A DNA stretch of 61,364 bases, taken from a virus (Duplodnaviria > Caudoviricetes). Below are positions 17,918 through 26,801 of the stretch, piece by piece. Positions within the stretch are counted from its first letter, which is position 1; each line of letters opens with the position of its first letter. The notes under the pieces are model-generated. The model searched no databases, was not told the DNA's origin, and worked only from the letters and a program-made list of their open reading frames with translations. The translations under genes were made by a program, and so were the position numbers. The DNA is taken from positions 1 through 61,364 of the IMG/VR virus record IMGVR_UViG_3300025892_000021, one strand, 5' to 3'.

Positions 17918-18151
17918 TTAAACATCATTTAGAGAACTTTCTCTTTCTAAGACTTTACTTTCATCAATCCATTTTTTAGAATATTTGCAATATCTTTCAA
18001 CAGAAATATTTTGCATCTTAATGTTTTTTATCTTTGCCATTTTACAATGAAAGGCTAAGGCTTGTATTGGGCTGTCAGCCATGTAGTAGTGATGGCTATT
18101 TATTTCAGCATGATCTACTCCAATATTATATTCTATTCTATATTCATTCAT
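17918..18151 (-). CDS. hypothetical protein (weak DpnD/PcfM-like pattern)
   Basis: EYRIEY...YYMADSPIQA. Confidence 0.55.
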   Translation of the reverse strand: MNEYRIEYNIGVDHAEINSHHYYMADSPIQALAFHCKMAKIKNIKMQNISVERYCKYSKKWIDESKVLERESSLNDV

Positions 18152-18335
18152 TTCTATTACTACATTCTTTTTTTAAAAAATTTAAATATTTTTCAACATC
18201 TTTTATTTCTTTACATATTTTTTCTAGATTTTCTTTATTGGGTTTATTTATTGCATGAATTAGTTCTAGAGAAAGTTCGTGCATTTCTTCTATACATTTC
18301 ATAAAATATCTTTTTTGCTCGATAGATAATTTCAT
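18144..18335 (-). CDS. small MazG-like helical protein (predicted leaderless)
   Basis: KCIEEMHELSLEL...KEIKDV pattern; promoter TTGACT-N17-TATATT-N5-ATG at 18341-18369. Confidence 0.5.
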   Translation of the reverse strand: MKLSIEQKRYFMKCIEEMHELSLELIHAINKPNKENLEKICKEIKDVEKYLNFLKKECSNRNE

Positions 18336-18378
18336 TTATAAATATAACAAAAATTATAAAAAAAGTCAAGTATAAAAA

Positions 18379-18774
18379 TGGTGGAGATGGCGGGAATTGA
18401 ACCCGCGTCCTAATAATCTTCAAGCAAGCATATCTACAAGTTTAGTCAATTTTTTTTAAAGTTATGATATTGACATCCAACTCCCTATTACAATTATTCA
18501 CTCAAAATGAGGTCTCCGAATACTCAGCGATACAGTTTATTAACAGGTAAACCTTTTCTGTTTTGCAGATAAATTACCCCTTGTCCTTTATATCTGCGTC
18601 AAAAGGCAAGAGGTAGCAGACTTACGCTGCTAGGGCAAGCGACTCGCTCTGAGGCGAGTAAGCTTTAATACGTGACTTGTTGCCATGTAAGAGTTTGCAC
18701 TTTTTTAACGAAGCCAAGTACACCTCCGACTTGCAATGCAAGAATTCAATTTTAGTCGAATCCTGTACATCCCC
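18379..18774 (-). ncRNA. ssrA: tmRNA, one-piece, 396 nt
   Basis: 5' GGGGATGTACAGGATTCGAC; 3' GACGCGGGTTCAATTCCCGCCATCTCCACCA; acceptor stem with G3-U pair; tag ORF 18622-18684 GNKSRIKAYSPQSESLALAA* with stop in hairpin TAGCAG...CTGCTA. Confidence 0.95.
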
Positions 18775-18779
18775 ATAAA

Positions 18780-18809
18780 ATTTCAAAGATCTATACTATA
18801 TTAATACAC
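18780..18809 (-). promoter_or_regulatory. GTGTA-class promoter motif plus boxA-like GATCTTTGAAA in pre-tmRNA leader
   Basis: GTGTATTAATATAGTATAGATCTTTGAAA upstream of mature 5' end. Confidence 0.45.
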
Positions 18810-18814
18810 AATTT

Positions 18815-20428
18815 TTATTTTTCAATATTAACACTTTCGAAAAAACTTTTAAAATCATTTTTTGAAATAGTTTTTTTTCTTACTAAATTAATTAATATAG
18901 AACGAACAGAAGACTTATTTAAATTAATATGTTTAGATATTTCCTCATATTTATATCCCGACCTTAATGCTTTAAGTATATAAGAATATTCATAGTTTTT
19001 ATATGGTTTTTCTTTTATTTGTTGGTATTTAGGAATCAACCCTTTTCTAACAAAGGTGGTTCTGTGACCATGAATAACATAAATAGGAAGTTTTAATTCT
19101 TCAGAAATAAAATTCATATAATCATTATTTATAAAACCTTCGATTAGAACATTAGATACTAAATAATTAAATTTACTTGATAATATTTCTTTAATTGTAT
19201 CTGAATTTTGATTTTTTTTATTAAGTTTAATTATTTCATAGCCTATATTAAAATACTCAACTATTCTTTTCTTTTGACATTCTGTAACATTATGCTTTAC
19301 TCTAATACAATCAAATAATTTACTTTTAAAAACCCTCCTCAAAAGCTTCATTCTTTTTATCCTCATTTTAGATGTTTCAAGCAAGACTCCTGTTTTGTAA
19401 AGGTGAGTTTCTTTAGCTCTAATAGAACTAATTGGCTTGCCTAGTTTTTTAGAGATTTCTTCTCCAGGGCAACCGCTTGTAGAAAGTTTTATAAGTTGAG
19501 ATTCTTCTTCATCCGAAAAAGTTTTTATATATATTTGTTTTTTCTTTTTTAAAAGAAAGCCTAATTTAAGCCATCTAGATTGATTAATTATTTGATATTC
19601 GGAATATTTACCATTTAAAAAATTCTTACTTATATACTCTCCTGTATAGGTATTAGGGTTTTTTAGTAAAATAGAAGATAAAACTTTTTTATCTACATCA
19701 TTAAAGTAAACATGATCGTTGTGTTCAAAAAAATCATTTATAGCATTATTTCCTTCTGTAACTTTTTCAAAAACTTCATCATTTAAAACTTTACTAGAAA
19801 TACCTTCTTTTAATACCCCTATGGATTTTACTTTTTGCACTATCTTCTGGTAAGTTATATCAATAGCTTGTCTAGTTACTCCGAGATCTTCGGCTATATC
19901 TTTTTGTTTTTTTCCTGACTGTAAACTTGTAAATATTTTACATTCATTATTAGTTAGTCTTGATTTTATTTCATTTAAAATGTACTTATATTTGTCGCCA
20001 ATATTTATATTTTCTACTTCAGCCTCAACTCCATGTGACTCAAGGAAAATATCTAAAGTGCTTTTCTCTCCCTCATCTGTATAATAAATTTTATCTACTC
20101 TATTCGCATTCCATTTTCCAGATTTCTTTTTTCCATCTGTTTCTCTAGAGTAAATCCATTTGATTAGATTCCTACAATATATAAAAGAGGTATGCTTGAA
20201 TGATTCAAGATCAAATTCTTTACCTTGAGATTCAACATAATCAAATATTTTTTGTTTATTTTTTACTAAATAAAGATTTACTTCCGACAAGAGTTCATCG
20301 CTACTTAGTGGATGACTATTACTTTTATATTTTCCAATTATTTTTACCAAATCCTGTTGGAAATCAATTAAATAGTAGTCAAACTTTTTTATTTTTTTGT
20401 GTTCTGCTGTATTTTGTTGGGAATTCAT
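18815..20428 (-). CDS. divergent sigma70-like protein with extra C-terminal HTH domains
   Basis: N-terminal ~230 aa paralogous to 21909 gene; region-4 HTH LTNNECKIF...KQKDIAEDLGVTRQAI; further HTHs EEISKKLGKPISSIR and YEEISKHINLNKSSVR. Confidence 0.7.
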   Translation of the reverse strand: MNSQQNTAEHKKIKKFDYYLIDFQQDLVKIIGKYKSNSHPLSSDELLSEVNLYLVKNKQKIFDYVESQGKEFDLESFKHTSFIYCRNLIKWIYSRETDGKKKSGKWNANRVDKIYYTDEGEKSTLDIFLESHGVEAEVENINIGDKYKYILNEIKSRLTNNECKIFTSLQSGKKQKDIAEDLGVTRQAIDITYQKIVQKVKSIGVLKEGISSKVLNDEVFEKVTEGNNAINDFFEHNDHVYFNDVDKKVLSSILLKNPNTYTGEYISKNFLNGKYSEYQIINQSRWLKLGFLLKKKKQIYIKTFSDEEESQLIKLSTSGCPGEEISKKLGKPISSIRAKETHLYKTGVLLETSKMRIKRMKLLRRVFKSKLFDCIRVKHNVTECQKKRIVEYFNIGYEIIKLNKKNQNSDTIKEILSSKFNYLVSNVLIEGFINNDYMNFISEELKLPIYVIHGHRTTFVRKGLIPKYQQIKEKPYKNYEYSYILKALRSGYKYEEISKHINLNKSSVRSILINLVRKKTISKNDFKSFFESVNIEK

Positions 20429-21425
20429 TGCTCCAATTTATATTATATATCTTTTTAGATCTAACTAAAATTTTATCAAAATGAGATTGTTTTAAACCTA
20501 AGAATTCAGCGGTTTTTTTTCTGCTGTTTTTAAATTTTGGCAAAGTTTCTTTTATTTTAGGTATTATTTCACTATAAAATTTTTTTCTTTTTTCTTTTTT
20601 AGCTTTTTTGATATTTTCAATTCTTATTTTATGGTCTTCTTCTGTCATAAAACTAAAAGGGATTTCCCCCTCGCTCATTCTTTTTTTCATCACTTTTTTT
20701 TGAGTAGACGATCTTTGTTGCTTTGACACTCTAGGCGGAGGAATGCGAACATAAGGGTATTCTTTATTCCACCAATCTAAAGGCTCTATCCTAGTCATCA
20801 TTTTATAAAGAGTATTTCTACCAACTTTTAGATATTCAGCAGTTTTCTTTCTATTATTTTTTAAAAGTTTAAAAGCTTCTATTATTTGTTGTTTAGTCTT
20901 TTCCATCTCTTCCTTATCCCATTTAATCCATTTGCCCTTATATATCATGCCTTTTCTTTCTTCGATGGGTAAATATATACCCTTTCTATTTATATGAGAC
21001 CAATTATCTTTACCTTTTTTAAAACCAATAGTAGACAATAATTCATAGTTTGTATAATTAAACCTATTCGATTTTCCTTCATCTCTTGGCATTTCTTTTT
21101 TAAAAAGAACATTATTATAATTAGGGAATGAAGCTTTTTTTATTTGATCCCAATTTTCAAATGTTAGCCTTCTATTCATATGTAGTTTATAATTTCCATG
21201 AAACATAAAACCATGAACGGATTTTATTTTTTTTACTAAACCTTCTTCTTTTAGTTTTTTTATCAAAATTAATTTTGCAAAATCATAAGATTTAGCTCTT
21301 ATAAATGTTTTGAAATCTTTTTCTGAACCATCAAAATAATGCTCAGTATAATTTATATTCCAATATTGATCTACATTAAATACTTTGTTTCTAAAAATTT
21401 TTTGAATACTCTTTGATTTTTTCAT
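20379..21425 (-). CDS. partner-domain protein fused to two Fis-type HTHs
   Basis: N-terminal 110 aa paralogous to 22589 gene; NNRKKTAEYLKVGRNTLY and NSRKKTAEFLGL Fis-like HTHs. Confidence 0.7.
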   Translation of the reverse strand: MKKSKSIQKIFRNKVFNVDQYWNINYTEHYFDGSEKDFKTFIRAKSYDFAKLILIKKLKEEGLVKKIKSVHGFMFHGNYKLHMNRRLTFENWDQIKKASFPNYNNVLFKKEMPRDEGKSNRFNYTNYELLSTIGFKKGKDNWSHINRKGIYLPIEERKGMIYKGKWIKWDKEEMEKTKQQIIEAFKLLKNNRKKTAEYLKVGRNTLYKMMTRIEPLDWWNKEYPYVRIPPPRVSKQQRSSTQKKVMKKRMSEGEIPFSFMTEEDHKIRIENIKKAKKEKRKKFYSEIIPKIKETLPKFKNSRKKTAEFLGLKQSHFDKILVRSKKIYNINWSNEFPTKYSRTQKNKKV

Positions 21426-21918
21426 TTTTGTCTTTAAAAAATAATTTCATTCTCTTGATCATTGAACTCTTTAACCTTGAAGTGTTAGTTGGCTTTATGG
21501 ATAATTCTTTTGAAATTTCTTTTACACTAAAGCCTTCTCTCAACATTTTATATATTTTATACTGCTTATTTGATAGATAATTTTGTATTTCTAGATCTAA
21601 TTTTATTTTTTCATCTTGAATTAGATAATGAAAAGGGTCTTCAATGGCGGGGAAATCTTTGTGTTGAAAATTTATAAATTTATTATTCCATCTCTTTCTC
21701 TCAGTTAAATATCTTTTTATTTGAAATCTAGTAATTGTCATAGCCCAACCTGAAAACGATTTTGAATTATCATATTCATTTCTTTTTTTTATTAATATCA
21801 AATTAACATTTTGAACTATATCTTCAGCATTTTTGTGATCATAAACCACACCATATACATATTTTCTTATTCTAGGTTGTATAAATTCTAAATCTTCGTC
21901 TGTAAGCATTAGCGACAC
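21391..21918 (-). CDS. ECF sigma factor (Rhodopirellula/Verrucomicrobium-type)
   Basis: AEDIVQNVNLILIKKRNEYD...FSGWAMTITRFQI region 2; GFSVKEISKEL region 4. Confidence 0.85.
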   Translation of the reverse strand: MSLMLTDEDLEFIQPRIRKYVYGVVYDHKNAEDIVQNVNLILIKKRNEYDNSKSFSGWAMTITRFQIKRYLTERKRWNNKFINFQHKDFPAIEDPFHYLIQDEKIKLDLEIQNYLSNKQYKIYKMLREGFSVKEISKELSIKPTNTSRLKSSMIKRMKLFFKDKNEKIKEYSKNF

Positions 21919-22592
21919 TCTTTTTTAAATAAATCTTCAATTGACTGCTTGCCTATGGAGATTTTTCCCCAACTCTCATCTTTGAAAAAGTCAAATTTAA
22001 ACCTACAGCTAATTTTTTCTTTTAACTTTATCATATTAAAAGAAATAGCTTGATGAGTACATCCAAGAACATCAACCATATCTATTTGCTTGTACCCTTG
22101 GGATAATAAAGACATAATTTGAATTTCATTTGAAGTTAGCCAATTACTATAATCCTTCATTAATTTCATTAAATATTTATATTTATAAGAATCGTCAAAA
22201 TTATCTAAATCCTCACAACCAAGAGTTTCACAAGCAAGTTCAAAAGATGTTATTTTTCCATCTTCAGTATTATGCTCAAAATCTAACCTTCTAGATTTAA
22301 ATTTATCATCTCTTGCCTTACAATGATACCATGATATTGATTTTTTTAAAAAACAACAAATAACATATTTAAAAGTTTCAAAATTAAATTCAGTAAATTT
22401 ATCATCTCTGTAGTTGATAATTTTTTCTTTACCCTTAATTGCATTATAATTAAAATCGCTAAGAATTTCTTCAATAGACATAGCATGAAAATCTTTTCTT
22501 TTAGATCCTATCAGTTTTTTTAAATCTGGTTGGAATTCAGATAAATATTGATGAAATTTCTCTTCATCGGTATTTTTTTGAACAGTATTCAT
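21909..22592 (-). CDS. divergent sigma70-like protein
   Basis: EEILSDFN region-2-like; LTSNEIQIMSLLSQGYKQIDMVDVLGCTHQAIS region-4 HTH; paralog of 18815 N-terminus. Confidence 0.7.
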   Translation of the reverse strand: MNTVQKNTDEEKFHQYLSEFQPDLKKLIGSKRKDFHAMSIEEILSDFNYNAIKGKEKIINYRDDKFTEFNFETFKYVICCFLKKSISWYHCKARDDKFKSRRLDFEHNTEDGKITSFELACETLGCEDLDNFDDSYKYKYLMKLMKDYSNWLTSNEIQIMSLLSQGYKQIDMVDVLGCTHQAISFNMIKLKEKISCRFKFDFFKDESWGKISIGKQSIEDLFKKECR

Positions 22593-23011
22593 TTTAAATT
22601 TTTAATCTTATTTTCATTCCTTATTTTTATTTCAAACTCATCCATACGGACTAATAAATGTCTAAATAAAAAATTATTTTCATTAGGGTAAGCACAATTT
22701 CTTATATTCTCCCAATCTTTTATATTAATAATGTTTTGAGATCTATCATTTGACCTGTCAAAATGGTAGTTTTTATGAAACATAGAGCCTCTTATATTTT
22801 TTATTTTTAAGAAAGGAGTATCGTCTTTTATCTTTTTAAATAAGATTTTTGTTGCAAGATCAAACGATCTAGCTTTTATTACAGATATATATGTTGACTC
22901 TTCTTTTTTATTCTCAAATAATGAATATTGAATCTTCCAATATTGATCAAAACTAAATTTTTTTGACCTAAAAGCTTTTTGTTTTATAGAACTGTTATTC
23001 TTCATCTTCAA
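22589..23011 (-). CDS. stand-alone partner-domain protein
   Basis: FDQYWKIQY...IKARSFDLA...GSMFHKNY...WENIRNCAYPNENNFLF matches 20379 N-terminus. Confidence 0.7.
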   Translation of the reverse strand: MKMKNNSSIKQKAFRSKKFSFDQYWKIQYSLFENKKEESTYISVIKARSFDLATKILFKKIKDDTPFLKIKNIRGSMFHKNYHFDRSNDRSQNIINIKDWENIRNCAYPNENNFLFRHLLVRMDEFEIKIRNENKIKNLK

Positions 23012-23234
23012 ATTCTTGATTTACTTCCCTTCTAAAATTTTCATTATTTTCATATTCACCAACAGACCTGCCTACTTTAAAAGCATACTTATCTATAAAA
23101 AATACTAAACAAGATATAACCCAAGGTTCATAATCAACAAGGCTAAAGTTAGTAAATAATAATATAAATATTAACAAATAAGGGGCAAATTTATTTACAA
23201 TATATTCAATCGCTACTGCATTTAAAAAACTCAT
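22995..23234 (-). CDS. small two-TM membrane protein
   Basis: two hydrophobic segments. Confidence 0.65.
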   Translation of the reverse strand: MSFLNAVAIEYIVNKFAPYLLIFILLFTNFSLVDYEPWVISCLVFFIDKYAFKVGRSVGEYENNENFRREVNQEFEDEE

Positions 23235-23235
23235 G

Positions 23236-23568
23236 TCATTTATTGTCTAAAGGTTTCCAATAAATATTTTTAAATAAAATAAAATCTATTTTGCTTGGCT
23301 TGATCCAATCATTAATAAGAGCTTCAAATTCTTGATTAGCATACCATCTCCATTTGTCTCTATCCCTGCTTTGATCATTTTCATCATCTTCATATTGAAG
23401 ATGATCAAAATCGTACACAGGGACGTCTATACCCACAGGCTCTCCATATGGCACAGGCTCATTAGTGTTTTCATAAAAAAACTCATTATCATCTCCAGCA
23501 TAAACAACCTCATTAGAGCTTAGTGATGCAAATTTATCATCATGTAATATTAATTTTATTTTTTCCAT
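23236..23568 (-). CDS. hypothetical protein
   Basis: 110-aa acidic ORF. Confidence 0.65.
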   Translation of the reverse strand: MEKIKLILHDDKFASLSSNEVVYAGDDNEFFYENTNEPVPYGEPVGIDVPVYDFDHLQYEDDENDQSRDRDKWRWYANQEFEALINDWIKPSKIDFILFKNIYWKPLDNK

Positions 23569-23573
23569 ATTTT

Positions 23574-23876
23574 TTATTCGTTAAAAAATTCTAATTGATC
23601 TTTATTAATAGTTCCTCTATCTACTTCCGATTGTAGCATACTTTTGTTTGATTTGTCAAGATTATTTTTTTTACTTTTTCTAAGCCAATTTCTTTGAGCC
23701 ATTCTAACAACAAAACGCATGAATGCAAAAGCATAAATTTTATTTAATTTTATACTACCACCACCAGTCGAATATCCACCCTCATTCTCTCCATGTGGAG
23801 CGATTTTAATTGTGAAATCTTTATTTTCTTCGTTATACTCAAAAGTTGCGTATTTCAATTCTTTTTTAATCTTCAT
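23574..23876 (-). CDS. hypothetical protein
   Basis: 100 aa; contains an internal TTGACA-N18-TACAAT element. Confidence 0.65.
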   Translation of the reverse strand: MKIKKELKYATFEYNEENKDFTIKIAPHGENEGGYSTGGGSIKLNKIYAFAFMRFVVRMAQRNWLRKSKKNNLDKSNKSMLQSEVDRGTINKDQLEFFNE

Positions 23877-24912
23877 TTCTTATTTGTTTTAATATTTCCA
23901 AGCACATGGTCGGAGGAAAACATTCTCCTAAAACTTTTCTAATAAACCCTTCTGAATATTTATTTTTAAATTTATTTAAAAATTGAGAAGGTAACCCACA
24001 TAAAATAGATAATTCTTCAACAGACATCACTCTTGCATCAGAATAAGTTCCATCAGTAAGTAATTTTCCTGGATGCACATTATTTTGACTAGATATAGCT
24101 CCATTGCACATTGTGACAGTAGGAGAAGGTTTATCCCAATCTATTCTTTTATATGTAGTCATAAACCCTTTAATTCTTCTTCCATCTTTTTTAGGGTAAT
24201 GAATTTTATTATTAAATGCAGTTTGACCTGTTGGAGTACTCTTCATCCAAATTATATGATGAGGATTATGTTTTTTTGCATAATGCCAAGGTATTGAACT
24301 TGATCTTCCAGATTCTAAAGAAGGTAGATGTCCTATAGCATCCTTAACGGTAATAACTTTGGTCATTTTTTGGGGATGATTCCATGTTTCATCTTTAGAA
24401 ATTAAACCTATAAACCTTTTTCTTGATTGAGGAGTGTTGTAATCCTTTGCATTAAGGACATCACATCTAATCTTCCAAGGCGATGGTAATCTAGATTCTA
24501 TATATTTAATTATATTAACTACTTCTCCGTCTATATTTATCCAAGTATTAGCCATACCTGCAACATTTTCTATCAACATATAACTTGGTTTTATTTCATT
24601 AAAAACATCCATTGCATGAACTATTAAAGAATTTCTAGGATCATTTTGAGATCTTTTTGCATTAGCTACACTCATCCCTTGACATGGTGGGGTTGCTAAT
24701 ATTATATCTATATTAGAACATTTTTTATATATATTTTCTTTTGTATCTGATTTTGTTATATCCCCACATAAGACTTCTGTATTAGGATGTAAGTCTTTAT
24801 ACATCTTACATCTATCTTCGTGCAATTCGTTCGCAACGGAAACATCTATATTTAATTTATTTAAATAAATTTCTCCAAAACCAACGTTTGAGAATAAAGA
24901 TAGAGCTTTCAT
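23866..24912 (-). CDS. DNA cytosine-C5 methyltransferase
   Basis: Motifs SLFS.VG.G, TPPCQG, IENV, PQSRKR, GECFPP; promoter TTGACA-N17-TAAAGT at 24961-24989. Confidence 0.93.
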   Translation of the reverse strand: MKALSLFSNVGFGEIYLNKLNIDVSVANELHEDRCKMYKDLHPNTEVLCGDITKSDTKENIYKKCSNIDIILATPPCQGMSVANAKRSQNDPRNSLIVHAMDVFNEIKPSYMLIENVAGMANTWINIDGEVVNIIKYIESRLPSPWKIRCDVLNAKDYNTPQSRKRFIGLISKDETWNHPQKMTKVITVKDAIGHLPSLESGRSSSIPWHYAKKHNPHHIIWMKSTPTGQTAFNNKIHYPKKDGRRIKGFMTTYKRIDWDKPSPTVTMCNGAISSQNNVHPGKLLTDGTYSDARVMSVEELSILCGLPSQFLNKFKNKYSEGFIRKVLGECFPPTMCLEILKQIRNED

Positions 24913-24996
24913 TATATTAGAACTTGGATTTAAAATTGGATTCGAACTTTTGTTGGTATCACTTTACTAAATTTTTTTCGATATGTCAAGAAAAAA

Positions 24997-25419
24997 TTAC
25001 AACCAATATTGATTTAAAGAAAGAAAGTCTGAATAAACCATCTTCCAAATTGAGAATCTTGTTTTATGATTCCCTGCCCAAATAAAATTTTTTTGCAACA
25101 TATAAAAACTTGAACCATAATTATATAAAGGCTCACTGAAGTCGTAAATATATAAAATATGAGATATTTTTTTTTCAGAAAAAGATTGAACTTGAATTAT
25201 TGGAGAAGAATTGTTAATTTTTTTTACTATAATTTTATTTAGAATAAATTTAATTGGATTAGTTGAATCATATTTAAGTACATCTAGATGATCTGAGCTT
25301 GTGGCAGTGCCTTTTACTAATAAAGATTCGCAAAATTTATTGTTATAATCGCATAGTAAATTCTCAAAAAATGGCTCACAATCTTTGAATAAATGCTTAA
25401 CTGCTGGACTCTTGTTCAT
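24997..25419 (-). CDS. hypothetical protein
   Basis: 140-aa ORF. Confidence 0.55.
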   Translation of the reverse strand: MNKSPAVKHLFKDCEPFFENLLCDYNNKFCESLLVKGTATSSDHLDVLKYDSTNPIKFILNKIIVKKINNSSPIIQVQSFSEKKISHILYIYDFSEPLYNYGSSFYMLQKNFIWAGNHKTRFSIWKMVYSDFLSLNQYWL

Positions 25420-25984
25420 GTTTCCATTTTAGAATAGCCTCACAAAGAATATAAAGTTCTTCAACACTTAGGTCATTTTTTGCATAATTAGCTTGCTTAG
25501 TACATATGCCCAGATTATCTAAATCATTAGTTCCACCTTTTGAAGTTGGAATGATATGATCCAAATGATATGTTTCTGACTTATTTATATTAATTTTTTT
25601 TCCAGTAAGATAACACTTAGGATTATCGCCGAATTTTTCTATAACATCTTTAACTGAAAAATTTTTGGAAACATTATTAACAAAAGCATGTGTTCTATTT
25701 CTGTACTTCCGTTTTTTAAATGTTTTTATTTTAGTTCTAAAAGTTTCATAGCTTTCTTTAGAGCATCTAGATTTAAAAGCACTTATTTTTTTAGTCAACC
25801 TATGAAGAGATGTAGTATTTCGAGCTTTTACTCTTTTTTTCTCAGAAGAATTCTCGCCACAATGATAAGATATTACAGATTTTGAAACCCCTAAGATGCT
25901 TTGTATTTCATTATAGCTTTTTCCTTCTGCTCTTAATCTTAATATATCGTCTTTTCTTGCTTTATTGTTAAGTTTCCTCTTCAT
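25397..25984 (-). CDS. HTH-HNH endonuclease
   Basis: N-terminal GKSYNEIQSILGVSKSVISYH HTH; CYLTG...HLDHIIP.SKGG.NDLDNL..C...AN.AK. Confidence 0.85.
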   Translation of the reverse strand: MKRKLNNKARKDDILRLRAEGKSYNEIQSILGVSKSVISYHCGENSSEKKRVKARNTTSLHRLTKKISAFKSRCSKESYETFRTKIKTFKKRKYRNRTHAFVNNVSKNFSVKDVIEKFGDNPKCYLTGKKININKSETYHLDHIIPTSKGGTNDLDNLGICTKQANYAKNDLSVEELYILCEAILKWKHEQESSS

Positions 25985-26435
25985 TATTATCTTTAGACCC
26001 GACGATCAAGGATTTATTACCTTTTACAAATTTACCTTTTTTATCTCGCTTTCCAATCTCTATCTTTAAATTTTTATTCCAAGGAGTAAACCCTTTTTTA
26101 AAAGTTCCATTGTGATTTCTAGATTTTGAGAGAGGAGTTTTAAACCAATTATGTTTTTTAAACTTATAAAGCTTGTGTTTTGTATTAGGGTAAGAGACTC
26201 GATTTAATAAATCTATTTGTTTGTCTGATAATTTTCTACCTCTATAATTATTTTTATTAATTAAATAAGAGCGAACATTGCTTAATTCAAATACCATATA
26301 ATCTTTACTAATTTTTCTTCTTAAAGTAGATTTAGAATCCTCTATAGAAGAAGATTTTATTATAGTTTTATAATCTACCTTTTTATCTACTGATAACGAA
26401 AAGTAAACTATGTATAATTCATCAGTATTTTCCAT
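25968..26435 (-). CDS. third, more diverged partner-domain-like protein with NUMOD3-like tail
   Basis: YIVYFS...YKTIIKSSSIEDS...VSYPNTKHKLY; GTFKKGFTPWNK and GKFVKGN repeats; likely start ATG 26435. Confidence 0.55.
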   Translation of the reverse strand: MENTDELYIVYFSLSVDKKVDYKTIIKSSSIEDSKSTLRRKISKDYMVFELSNVRSYLINKNNYRGRKLSDKQIDLLNRVSYPNTKHKLYKFKKHNWFKTPLSKSRNHNGTFKKGFTPWNKNLKIEIGKRDKKGKFVKGNKSLIVGSKDNNEEET

Positions 26436-26473
26436 TATATTATATAATAACGATCTTTGATTAAAATTCAAAC

Positions 26474-26502
26474 AAAAAAGCCCCCCATTTCTGGAGGGCT
26501 TT
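26474..26502 (-). terminator. intrinsic terminator
   Basis: GCCCTCCA-GAAA-TGGGGGGC followed by TTTTTT. Confidence 0.85.
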
Positions 26503-26524
26503 AATTAAGAAAATCTAAAAAGAA

Positions 26525-26782
26525 TTACTTCTTCTTAGAGGCATCACAAGAGCCAGATTGATTCCCTAAGAGGGAAACGATCAATACAAGTGTAATCACA
26601 CCTGCAAGACTAGCTCCTGGTCCGACAAAGCCATTTACTATGCCTTGTAGGTTTCCGATGACATCGATGCCTGATTCTGCCCCAAAAACAACTTGGGAAA
26701 GTACAAGCAATCCAATCACGGATAGGAGTACGGCGCTAATGCCACAAACGGCACACTTTACTTTATTTACTACTTCATTCAT
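26525..26782 (-). CDS. small two-TM membrane protein
   Basis: hydrophobic helices flanking IDVIGNL motif. Confidence 0.75.
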   Translation of the reverse strand: MNEVVNKVKCAVCGISAVLLSVIGLLVLSQVVFGAESGIDVIGNLQGIVNGFVGPGASLAGVITLVLIVSLLGNQSGSCDASKKK

Positions 26783-26801
26783 AATGTTTTTTATGTTAAA
26801 A

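Noticed and set aside
24938-24947. GTTCGAATCC T-loop-like motif upstream of the methyltransferase
   Set aside because: No flanking T-stem or cloverleaf can be formed
23866-25984. Complete restriction-modification system (MTase plus HNH)
   Set aside because: The HNH has an HTH-HNH homing-type layout and is separated from the MTase by another ORF and the MTase's own promoter; no evidence they are cognate
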